The position numbers and the translations under genes are program-made. Of a DNA stretch of 64,000 nucleotides, positions 1-28,968 are shown one piece after another (positions within the stretch are counted from its first letter, which is position 1; each line of letters begins with the position of its first letter). Below the pieces are notes generated by a model, which had not been told where the DNA came from, did not search any database, and worked only from the letters and a program-made list of their open reading frames with translations. The DNA lies in NCBI GenBank assembly GCA_002633005.1, contig NMRA01000021.1, positions 1,293,629 to 1,357,628 of the forward strand, written 5' to 3'. The DNA comes from Phoronis australis. Its lineage: Eukaryota; Animalia; Phoronida.

Positions 1-870
1 TATTCCGGAACCTCAGAGGATTCCCCGACTTTATATTAGTCGGGCACATATATAGAGGAAGTAACGCTAGTGACGTTGTGTACCGTAGAGCTACTGTCGC
101 GGATATAGACCTATGTTTATCCCAGACGCTTTGAATAAGTTGAGTGCAATATGACCATGTGGTAAAGGCATTTGTTACTGCACTCCCGGAACTACTTTAA
201 CTCTGACATGGAAATTGCGAAAGGTAGGCCAACGTCGACTTGGCGTCGTCAGTCAGCTCGACTATCAAAGTTTCCTAAAATAGTTTAAAGTAATATATTT
301 GCAGCAGTCTAAGTAACGCTCAATATGCAATCAGGTCCCAAACATAACATCTGGTACAATATTGTTAATTATATAACACTTCTATATTAGTTATATTTGT
401 CAATATCATATCGTCAACATGAACCCAATCGCCAATTCCTCGGTAACTTAAATGTTAAGAACTGTTGTTATATCATTATTTTCAGAAAATGTTATAGTTT
501 ATTGCACAGTTACCGTTGCTTTCATCTTTGTTATCTCTTTTCAAGTAATAAAGCGTTACATTTAAAAGTGTTTCTTTTACAAGAGAAAACGTGAAACATA
601 ACGCGCACGTATATACCTATAGGGTGTGATCCGCCAGGTGAACAGTCTGGATGAAGTATTTAAAAAAAGAAAATATGAAAAAGCTTAAGAACTTGAAGCA
701 TATGGGATAAATAGAAAACGTACCACGATTGGCGTAGACGAAGTAATATTGCACTCGACATTATTCGGCGTCTCGCGAAACCGAAGGTTAAGGTCGATAC
801 GCGGAATTATGTCTCGTGAGATATAAATTATTACATGGCGAAGTTGTTATCCCCTGTTATCTAGAGCCCT

Positions 871-938
871 AGTGGATTTTGGAGAATTATCACCCGAGGG
901 GCGTTAGCTCCGAGGGTGATAATTTAACAAAATCCACT
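871..938. repeat. Imperfect palindrome, likely part of a non-autonomous element
   Basis: agtggattttg..aattatcaccc / gggtgataatt..caaaatccact arms around a cccgaggggcgttagctccgaggg core. Confidence 0.55.
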
Positions 939-1429
939 GAACGAGAAGCAAATAATCGATCTACCTTTCTCGACTCGCCTCGGCTTTGTAACTACTTTCT
1001 ATGTCAGAGGCCCGGGGTCGGAGGTCGTGACCTTTTAAGAAAAGCTGAGCTATTTTTGTCAAATAATGCTTTTACTCAAAACCAATTGAAAATTGAAACA
1101 AAATAGAAATAAAAAGTGAATTTATAAATTAAGGTTTAGCAACTATTATAGCTTACTACACATTTTATCACGATAAGCTTCGACCGGGAAAATATCGTCT
1201 GCTAAAGTAGGTTACCACTAGTAACTGCATATAATGCTCAAGTCAAAGGATCCCAACGACACGATACCCGCATTCAAATTGGATATCGGTGATTTACAAG
1301 TGAGAGAACACGAGAGAAAAAGTTCACTGAATTAAAATATCGTTTTCATGGAAATTATGCCCTTTACTGAACATGCGATTGTTGCGCGTGCTCATTTAGG
1401 TATTCTATTTTCACGTTCGATGACGTCAG

Positions 1430-1500
1430 CCGCTGAGTGGTGTAGTGGTAAAGTCGGCGACTCGAAACTCTTGAGGCCCGGGTTCGAAACCGGCCTCAGT
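1430..1500 (+). mobile_element. tRNA-derived SINE head
   Basis: Pol III A box TGGTGTAGTGG (1438-1448) and B box GGTTCGAAACC (1481-1491); no proper cloverleaf. Confidence 0.6.
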
Positions 1501-2617
1501 TTACCGCCAAAATGTTATCCCACCAGTGTCGTCACCCTTTAAAGAACACTGAGGTGGCATTTCACACCCTGACTTTACATCCCAGCTCTCTGGACAGTCA
1601 CAACGTAGCGACAATTCGAAAACGCCTTTACAATGGAATCTACAACATCTCGTAAACATTCGCAAGGGGTCAAGAGAGTCACAAGGACTCGCATTCTTGC
1701 TCGCGGATATTTTGTTTTCAAATTGTCACAAAGCCGTTGAACACAAATCGAAGCCTTCGCAAGGTTTTAGGGAAAAAAAATTGCAAGTAGTGGAATGAGG
1801 ACGCTGCTAATTTGACTTACACCCCTAAGGACACTTCAGCTTCACGGGTTAAATAATTTCACCATACGAGCGTTTGAAAGACGCCTCTTTATTACTATCG
1901 TTTATTCGACCCTGGTATACGCACGCGGATATTTATCAAGTTGGTGACAAAAACAGATGCCACGGGTCTAACCTCCGAGGAACAAGTGACTATTTGAAAT
2001 TTCGAACAAAATTTTGATATTTTCTCAAAACGCATAAATACAAGAAACAATTTAATTATTATGATTGTCACTCATGCTTTTTTAAAAACGCCTAAATATG
2101 CACGCATACACGGCATTATGCATGGAGAATCAAACTAAAACCAAGGAGTGAATTCTCAAAAAAGTGTGTATTAAATTCACGGTTACGGTTCACTTGTGCT
2201 TCGCACGGATACTGGCTACTGTGCGCGGAAACGAAAAATAATATTATGCGTGTTCGTGGCGAAATACGTTTCAAACCATAGTGGTCCTCAACGAAGTAGA
2301 TTTTGGCTATATCCATATATAACATGTTGTTGCATAAGTTAGTATACATTTATCTCATTCATCCACCCCTCAGGTAAGTAGCAAAGACGTAAAATGTAGC
2401 GTGGAATATCTTTAACAGAAAAATAAAATGAGAGTTGTCTTGGACATAATTATAACGTGACTCGCTACAACAAATTCGATTTAGGCATATGCGCCTAGTC
2501 GCACGCAATATTTAGACATATGCGCCTAGTCGCACGCAGTAACGAACCGTCAAGTCAATTACTCACTCATGTTGTCAGATCAGTATAGTTCGGTAGCAGC
2601 CTTTCGTTTACACAAAT

Positions 2618-2798
2618 TTCGTTGAAAACACTGTTTTTTTTAAACAGTGTTTTCATATAACCAGCAAACTAAAGTTTGTTGATTATATCTCTTGGTGTTT
2701 TACTACATAGCTGCCCTCCTGAAGAAAGGAGATTATTCAGACATTACGAGCGAACCACTATCAAGCTTGCAAACTAAAAGTCTAGTGTTTTCAACGAA
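2618..2798. repeat. Small element with 15-bp perfect inverted repeats
   Basis: ttcgttgaaaacact (2618-2632) and agtgttttcaacgaa (2784-2798). Confidence 0.45.
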
Positions 2799-3655
2799 GT
2801 TAATGTTATGAGAAAGAAAAAGTCGAGACCCGACATCGTGACGAAACGTCTCCCAAATAAAAACTTTGGTGGAAATCTATCAATACTGTGTAGCGCATAC
2901 AAGCGTCATAGAAATCGTAAGTCGTACCGGAGACGGCTGATTTGAACTCCTAAATTGCATCATATTAGTAACAGATAAGTCAACCCTAAACATTCGAATA
3001 TCAGGGTCTCCAAGTACAGTATTACTGTCTACTACAAAAAGAATACGATTTTAACATTGAAACACTGTTCAAAGTCTTCCAATAGTAGAGTCCGAAAATT
3101 TTGAGCGGCGCCGGCGTGCATTCGAGCTTTCGATACTTAAGAAAGTAACGTTTCACGAGCGTTCAATTTATCTAAATACGGATGTGAGTTGGGAAAAATC
3201 GTTGATCCAAATCACGACAAAATTACCATGATTAGCAGACGACGTACTTACCCGAAGTAAAACGTGCTATGTCTGCCAGGTACAGTATCTATAGTGAATC
3301 GCGACGTCACGACTTAAGCGTAAGATCACAGATTTCATCCACTGAAAACATACGGAGATAGCGGTCCATGTACTGTGGTCAACGGTGCCAAAGCCTTTGG
3401 TAAGTAGAGGCGGCGGCACTATGAGTTTGTAACCCACGAAGATTTGGAAGAGTTAAACTTTGCCCTATCGGCAGACTGCGTGTTTGAAACCGTACGAACT
3501 CAACTCTTACGCATCAGCGTCTTCGGTAAATCAAGCCTACTCAGTATGCGGACAGTGCTGATTTCAGAAGTGATATGTCTGAGTGGAAAAACCAGCTTTT
3601 TATTGAATCATCATTTAATTTTCTAACCACTTTAGTGCCTGAGACCAGGCATTAC

Positions 3656-3948
3656 CAGTGGCAGATTTAGGGGTGGGCCAAGGGGGCCATGGCTCACCCT
3701 AAAATTCTACCAGATACCATTTGTGAGTTCGGGTGCGCGCAAGCATTGGCTCGTCGGGGTTGAATAAACAACGCATAGGCCTTGAACAAACTGAACAAAC
3801 CCCGTTTACCGTTTTTTTTTAGTCAACAGGTCCGCATTCGAGGCCTCTGCGTCCCCACAAGTTAGGCTGGGCGCGCGCGTCTGCCGAAATTCTGGTTATT
3901 CCCGTGCCCTGCCCCCCCCCCTAACTCAAAATCCTGGATCCGCCCCTG
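3656..3948. mobile_element. MITE with CAG...CTG ends and 5-bp TSD
   Basis: cagtggcagattt...ggatccgcccctg termini; ATTAC at 3651-3655 and 3949-3953. Confidence 0.7.
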
Positions 3949-4414
3949 ATTACAAATTGACTTGACGCGGCGTGTCATTTTATGCAACGACCAAGGTCTC
4001 AAGAAAAAACGAAGTGACAGTTCTTTGGAAGCACAGAAATGCCTTTCATCTGAGTTTTTTCACATTTTGCGACTAACTTACAACAAAAATTTCGAGGCAT
4101 TGACTTGAGACCATCTACAGGCCCACTGATACAAGTGACGATTTATCTTTATTACCCCTGCTCGGCCAGCTTACCTCCCTGTTTGAGAAATTTTGGAAGT
4201 AATATTTTTGTCCCCTATGCAATATTGTAATGGTGCCATCCATGTGGTCGCCGTCATTCTTCATAGTGACAAAACGATTTTTCGTTTACACCTATGTGAT
4301 CACGTGACCAGTTGTTATTTCACATATAGTACTTAGGCGGCGCTCACGCTGGTCTCCCGCTATTATACCGCCGGGTACACAATAAAATATGCAAGTTTGT
4401 TATGTACACAAAGA

Positions 4415-4585
4415 GATTTCTCCAGTGTCCACCGACATGACCGATACAAATCCGTGTTTTGAGTTACCACTTCTGTACAGCCAAGATCCATCGACGGTTG
4501 CCGCGCAATCTAATGTCTGCCCATCATCGATGTCGGAAACCAACAACGGTCTCAATTTTTCACCAGCATTCTTGAGGCATTGACA
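4415..4585 (-). pseudogene. Fragment of a Mutator-like/Kolobok-type DDE transposase
   Basis: LDCAATVDGSWLYRSGNSKHGFVSVMSVDTGEI resembles the V.DG(S/T)W..RG..S..G....S..TG(K/E)V catalytic-D region of invertebrate Mutator-like transposases. Isolated fragment. Confidence 0.6.
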
Positions 4586-5799
4586 TAAATTTAAGTATTG
4601 TCTTAGCCAAGCCAGTTTTCTAGGCACAGGCCCCATAACTTTCTATCGCATTTGCGGACTTGCGCTAGCATTTTTTTCTTTTTATTGCAGTTTTATCTTC
4701 TTAACTAAGTAAATTTTAGCTTTGATACTCCGAGAATAAAAACTAAGTTGAATTTTCTACGTAACTGAATATAAATAAGGAGCTTTCAAGCAACGCTTCT
4801 AATTTAAGGACGAAGTTAATGTTTCATTGTATTGAAATAAGAGCTCAGTTTTCAGATTATTACAAGAAAACGTGACTCTTTTGTCAAAGATGACCTTATA
4901 ATAAAAAAGAAAAAAAAACACATTTTCAGTTAACAAAGACGCAAACGTGCCCAAGACATCGTAGTTGAGACCTTCTCTGGGATTGTTTCATGAAATCGTG
5001 TACAGGGGAGGTAATTGTTGGCTGACGCGTGGCCCAGAATTTGACAAAGTTGAATTTACGAGTTTCAGTCCCGCCTTTCTATGGCCCTGTAGAGTTTCAA
5101 AATATTTTGAGGCTTTTATTTCATGCAAGACTGGTCCTTTATACGTAACCAAAATTAGACACAAGATTTTTTTTTCTTGTGAAATTTGCCGTACGCTGTT
5201 CTCGCTCATTCACACGTCATTTGGCCTAGGCAGACGACGCCTCTCGGAAGTTTTTTGACAGGGAATTCGGGTTGCAAAATTTGAACAGCGCGTACAAACG
5301 CAGGTGTCAGTTCTTCGTTTATATTTTTGACTGAAAGCGGATGCATTGAGACTTATGTATGGACTAGCACTTCTTGATTTTGTTTTGTCACATCAAAAAT
5401 AAGCCGTCTCTGACTAATTATGTTGTTTATGCTTCTCCTAACGTGACTTACCCCGTCTGTGACCCAAGCTTGCAGACAATATAGAATTTTTATGAGCAAG
5501 CAGCAGTTCAACAAGACATGCTTAAATGTCACCAGCACCTGGTTTAGACTCAGGACTATGACCAGTTGTAAGAGTGTTGTCTTTGTACTCGATGCAAAAA
5601 TGGATCAGTTTAAAAATAGTTCCTAACTGCATTTGGGAGAACTGTACAAGCCATGGTATTTAAAATTTTCAAATAAATAACAACAGCCATTTCTGTGATG
5701 TGATGTTCGGAATTTGGACATCTTTTAAAGGTTAGTTTGATTTAAATAAGAATTTATGAACCAGTCTTCAGTCAAAGGAACTAGTTTTTAACGTACAGA

Positions 5800-5990
5800 G
5801 TATTACATTGAAACAGGAACCGCGGTATAAAACAGATATTCTGAAGTCGAAAACGGACTCTCGCAACTTCAAAACAGCTAACCAGCCCGAAAAACACGAA
5901 CCCCGACCTTTGAAACAGGAACCCCAAGGATCAGACATGAATCCCGGGAACCGAAAAAAAATGTCCGTATTTCCTGTCCGATCACCGAGA
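5800..5990. repeat. Dispersed repeat; related copy at about 27000-27130
   Basis: Shared aaacagctaaccagccc.aaaa...gaaccccgacctt.aaac motif block. Confidence 0.55.
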
Positions 5991-6414
5991 CAAAGCTGAT
6001 CCAAATGCTTCCAGGTTATTTTCTGAACAGAATCTCCATCTGCTGCCCAAACTTCGGACTTAACTTAAACACATTTTGGCTTTTAATTCTTGGCTCTTGA
6101 GTCAGTTTTTAACAAAAGGGCGCCAGAGCTATGAAACAACAAAATCCATAATGTGTCTTGTGATTTTATTACAAACCGCGAACTCCAGATAAGATGTGAG
6201 ATATTCAAGTAAACTTCACCAACCTAGCGTTCGGTTGAACAGCTAGGTTATACAGGACGTGCATTGGGTAAGCACAAGTGCCTTATACGCTATTTTAGTT
6301 ATGGCGGTGGGTATACTCACGGCTAAATTGTACTTGTGTACGTGAAGTTGCTTGCCTCGATACGATTTTTTTACGTTAACATAGTACAATACAGTAATAC
6401 AGAGAAGGCAAAAT

Positions 6415-6420
6415 TTTATT
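6415..6420 (-). promoter_or_regulatory. Candidate polyadenylation signal of GGT
   Basis: AATAAA on the minus strand about 115 nt after the stop codon. Confidence 0.5.
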
Positions 6421-6532
6421 AGTTACTCAGTGAAATCACAAGCAAAAATACATCATCTTAGAATTTGTCAACCTTGTAAAATAGCTATGCAATATAAACA
6501 CTGCCTTAAACTTGACACAATATTGCGAGTCT

Positions 6533-23917
<17,385 letters not shown>

Positions 23918-24669
23918 TTCTTCTCTGATGACGTTGACCAATTAGCTAAATACAGCTCACTGTGTTGACCAACGTTGACCTACCTGGACTGGTGAAAGAC
24001 CTCGCCCAGTACTCGACTGGGCGGATTACGTGTCTACCTTCCTACCTACTGCTTTTCTTTGGGCCCATTCATTTGTATAAACTTGCCGTGACAAAGAGAG
24101 GAGATATATTTACGCAATCGGTTCGTTGGCGGAATGCTGCCATGCACATAAGTGTGTTAGATTTACATAGTCCACACCGTTATTTATGGTCCGGTAAGGA
24201 CTCAAGAATGGTACACGCTACTTGACAAAGTTGCAAATTTCATTCTTTAATTATTGTAGCGGCAACGAATTGTACCGTATAATGAGTGTACTGGTGGAAA
24301 ATTCCAGCGTAAGGGCAACATACGGCTCGTAGGCCAATAGATGTCTACATCGCGCTCACTATTTTTCATTGTTGGTTTTATCATGAATAGAGACTAACGC
24401 TTCCAGTTAGACAAGCTCTCGTTGATATAGAAAGTGCAATTTGCACCAAGCTCATTTTATCCTTGGCAATATGGTAAAATGCGTGTCCGAGTGTCGCCAA
24501 GGGTCTTCTTTCGACTACGTACGATAAAAACTCTTCAAGAACATCAAGTCACAGAAAATGCCAATTTTTTGATATCGTATTAGAATGAGGAACAACTTAT
24601 CAGACCGGCTCGCCGCGTTAAAATATAGAGAAAGTAAAATGAAGAATGATCAGTTAAAAAAAATCCCAA

Positions 24670-24702
<33 letters not shown>

Positions 24703-25320
24703 ACAACAATAAAACGTTTATTTCAAAACTCATGAAGGCCATTGACCCACAGTTCAATATATTAATATATAAACAGTATAATGTCGCCAATTCATCAAAT
24801 ACTCATAATTTCGCTCCATTGCTTGTTGAATGAAGGATGCTGTATTTCTTAAAACATACATAGAATCTCAACCTAAAAGTGCCCTAATGTTTCTATTCCT
24901 AACAATACATTGTGGTAACACATATCTCCGTTCTGAACCCGACTTGTTCTTCAGCAAGAAAAGCATTTTCGTCACTGAACCCATGAAGTCAACCGTTAAT
25001 TTAGAACTGAAATGAAGATTTTACTAACAACGCTCAACAACGAAATGCCCCTATAGTTGCTGGGATCATATGCATCGCTTTTTGAATGATGGTAGTATTT
25101 TGACGATAGCTCACTTTTCTGGGAATTTCCCGGTATGCAAAATTTTATTAAATAAATTACAAAGCAATTTCTTAATTTTATCAAATGAAAACTTGGGAAA
25201 TTCTACCGGAATTCCGAACTCCCCAGACAATTTTCCATTTTGCATATTATCAAATGCTACCACAATTTCTTCTTCCGTAATGTCTTCATTCATTGCATTG
25301 CTATTGTCAAATCTGCACTG
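24670..25320 (-). mobile_element. Degenerate non-LTR retrotransposon RT fragment (RTE-X/L2-like) with (GTT)n tail
   Basis: NEDITEEEIVVAFDNMQNGKLSGEFGIPVEF...LFNKILHTGKFP and DPSNYRGISLLSVVSKIF are pre-RT/RT domain-1 motifs; AATAAA and GTT microsatellite at the 3' end. Confidence 0.85.
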
Positions 25321-28300
25321 GTTTGGGGGGGGGGGGGGGNGCAGGGCAGAGTATTAGCCAGGATTTTGCCCGTCAGACATTCGCATCCCCCAACTGCCAA
25401 ATGCAATCTAGGAATTTTCCATGGCCCCTAGAAACGAGTTTGTGATGCATGGTAGTCCAGATGTCGAACATAACTGGTATTTCATTCGTTTACCTACATT
25501 ACACCTCTTTTTGCAATTTTGGGCTGGCCCTATAGTTTCTCATTGATGCCCAGGGTACTTATAGTTGTTAACAGCCTCCAGATTGGCTTATCGTCCACGG
25601 GCCTTTGGTCAGCTCGGGGCTCCCACAGGCTAATAATTGTCACGTGCCATAACTTCTTTGTTGGTACTCTCACGTGTTTCAGTTATATTTCTATGCAGAC
25701 TTTGAAAAGTTTTCATATTTTGTCCAAACTTTTGAAGGTTGTCGAGGGTTACATAGCATAGCACATTATTTTGTTTCAGAGAATTGGATGAGAAAGTCGT
25801 TTTTCATCTGCCCATTAGTAAAATAGGCCAAAACCGTTTTTTGTTATTCTGAACTTGAGTATATTGGATTACGCAAACCAGTACTAGTACAACTTCGCAC
25901 TGACCCGGCCTAGTAGACTCGAGCTACAAACTTCTCGACTAGAATTTGAGTAAAAAACTCGCCAACTCAGTTCAGACCATAACTTATGGCTAAAACGCTG
26001 ACGGTCATCAAATGCAAAATAGGAGCACGAAGTCATTCACGTAAACCACGACGTACTGGCTCAAGCACAAAATGATAGGTAGAAGTCACCAAGTACAACA
26101 GAACATGTTAAAAATGCTTTAGATTTACATATCCTCGGTCCCACAAGTTTCGCACACAGTAAAGATATTACTATACATATATTCCAACCAATCGATGCCC
26201 TTATGTTCTCCCGGCGTTCTGCGGCTACCCAACGGCCGGGGGACAAGGTAAAGTAGCTTATTTTTCAAGTAGCTTCTTGTTTGGTTTCCCCGGTTGGTGT
26301 GGACACTTAACTCTAGCGAGAGTTCTGTGGTGTGCGTGAACTTGGACAAGCGTGTGGCTTATATACAACCTCTACAGTTACATTAATCCAATTGTGTACA
26401 AAAGCAACTTGTTAGTCGTACTTCGGTATTTGAGGTCGTACATAGCCGCTTTCGAAATGAGCCGGGTGCTCTAATTAGAATCTAACCCAAAACATGTGCC
26501 TCACTGAGGAACTGACCCCGCCGGTCATGACAAATAACACCGTGCGATCAAGGTTGGAAACCCCATAGTTCAGGGTTATATACGTAGGCATAAAAGAAAA
26601 ATATAGTTACTTACTTGGTGACTTTTGGAAACCGAAGACATGCCAAAAGCCCATTATTAATCGGCTTTATTCATGGGCGTGAATCACAGAGATCGAGTCC
26701 TTTTGTAGGACCAAAGTCCTCGGGACATAGCTTTCAACGAGCCCTGCAGATCGCGGAAAATTACTATATTATTGAGAAACTCACGTTCTACAGTTATGCA
26801 ACCGCGACAGTGAAAACGTTCAATGAAGGCCGTCATGACTAGATGACAATATCTACACCACTTTTAGCTGGCAAATTCACCTCCAGTCGAGACTGAAAGT
26901 GTACAAATTCACCAACGAATATAGTTGCAATTATATTTCTGAACGGACTGTCTTGCCAGTTGGGAAATTTCTTCAATAGTAAGGTGTTCCATCGAAATTG
27001 GAATCCCGGTGAAAAGCAGATGTCCCGTTGCCAAAAACAAATTCCCGCACCTTCAAACAGCTAACCAGCCCCAAAAGTACGAGCCCCGACCTTTAAACCA
27101 CGAACCTCCGACCTTGAAACAGCGAAGTGTCTAGCAGTCCGGTACCGGAAAGCTATTCCAGAATATCGTATGAGGTTGCCGTCCGGTAATGGTTTCGACA
27201 AAGTCGCACACCAGGCGATGAAGAGAGAGTACACACCAGGCGTGCAATCAGTAGGCCTAATTAACGCTAGGACCTACGCTAGTGACCTAGCTAAAATCTA
27301 GCTAGTCACGTGAAGTCATTTGAAATACACGGCAATATCTCACGTAATCTCCCGAAGTATTGCTTTTTAGCGAGGTGACGTCACCGGAAATTCTACGAAT
27401 AGTTGCTGGTGTGTTTAAAGGAGCGTGCCACCCCAAACACAACCTATTTTGTATCAATTTAGATCGAGTAGTTCTACTCGATAACGACACGTTCGGTTGC
27501 GTTACCTGACACCTGACGGCAGACGGAGGTGTTGAAATTATCCAATGACGTAATTGGTTTCACACGGAATCCGTTCAGCTGTTCACAACACGAGATACTG
27601 GTGTCAGCTTATCGCTTGAATTCATCGTTTAACACCAATAACTTATCAAACTCCGATGTAAAACCCTTAAAATACACCGAGTTCTTATAAAAACGTGTTG
27701 TTATTTCGCTGTTACGGATTTATTGGTATCTGGACACACCGTAGCCTACAAAGTTCGGGAGGCCAATTTACCAAGGTCCGTATCAGGAGTTAGGGGTCTG
27801 TTCGGAGATAAATTCGAATTATTCTTCCGTGAAATACAGACAGGAGAACCTGGAACCGTGTTGTTTAGACTTGTGATTTTTTTAGTTCTAAACACACAAA
27901 ACGCTTGTTATCCCGGCCAGTGGCTCGGAACCCGATCGGGCCCGTCATGGCCCGGACTGACTCGTTATCCCGGCCGGCCAGTGGCTATAAACCCGATCAG
28001 GCCCGTCGCGACCGGACTGAATACATCATGAACATAAACCAGCCAAAGTTGGAAACTAAACTTCCAGTAAAGAAAATACTATCATACTAGTGAGCCAAAG
28101 AAGAGATGTGCACGTGATTATGTTGGTGAATTAGCCACGAAACTGCAATCTACTTACTCGTCGTGGGCAGCGAACTCATGTTCCCCTGTGGCCACAGAAC
28201 CGTCAGGGCAGAAGTTGTACACTGACAATCATTATTTGCATAATGTATAGGTAAATAAAGATTCCCCGAAAACCCAGCCGTGGGATAGAAAATGGAGTTA

Positions 28301-28568
28301 TTGTTTCACAACAGTTTCTGTCAGCAAACACTGAATTAGAATGCGCTCACACAGCCTCGGTGTCCGGTCAATTAGTTTTATTGCACCTAAAGCCGGTAAC
28401 GCAGTGATTTATTCATTGCTGGCTTCTCAAATCCTTTGCACTCACGAACACTCCAAAGGCATTACAAATTGCATCTAATGAGACAGACTTTGTTTCAGTT
28501 TTATATAAGTATTGGTTAGGGTGAGAATAATTCATTTTGAAACAGAACGCTCAGTAATAAACGTCAAC

Positions 28569-28741
28569 ATGGCAACTCGTAATCCCGACTTAGACGAGAG
28601 CTCATCCGACGAAGACTTCGCAGATGGATCGTTAAGTTCCACAGGCTATCAGTTCGAACCGGAATACAGTGATGAAGTTGTACTAGAGAGGCGCCGTGAA
28701 GTGAACAAGCTCAGGCAACAAAACGTATGGATAGTTATTTG
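28569..28741 (+). pseudogene. 5' exon of a KolX / P2X7-C-terminal-like protein
   Basis: MATRNPDLDESSSDEDF...GYQFEPEYSDE...W followed by a GTAAGC donor. An acidic start plus YxFEP is typical of these proteins. Confidence 0.5.
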
Positions 28742-28772
28742 GTAAGCTGGCATTCGTCAGACTCACTGTCGA

Positions 28773-28968
28773 CGAGTGCAGGCCACACACACGGAGATAT
28801 TTCACGGCCTCATACTTGCTATTTACAGTGCACATTTCATTCTATACTACTACGAGCCACTTCCTAAGCATTTCGGACTCTCGAGGAAGTCGAAAAAACG
28901 ATATACCCGCTTTCCGCACAGCTGCATGGTTCGGACATGCGGGAACGATGCACCACGTATAGCGGCAT
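28773..28968 (-). pseudogene. THAP zinc-finger remnant (transposase N-terminus)
   Basis: YTWCIVPACPNHAAVRKAGISFFRLPRESEMLRKWLVVV*NEMCTVNSKYEAVKYLRVCGLHS shows the C2CH THAP signature (CxVPxC, FxxP, W, RVCxxH), with an in-frame stop at 28844-28842 and an out-of-frame ATG. Confidence 0.8.

Noticed and set aside
1430-1500. Functional tRNA gene
   Set aside because: A and B boxes are present but the acceptor and anticodon stems do not pair; better explained as a SINE head (likewise 33176-33255 and 58415-58485).
2830-2855. Second hammerhead (gacgaaacgtc)
   Set aside because: No CUGANGA core at a suitable distance upstream.
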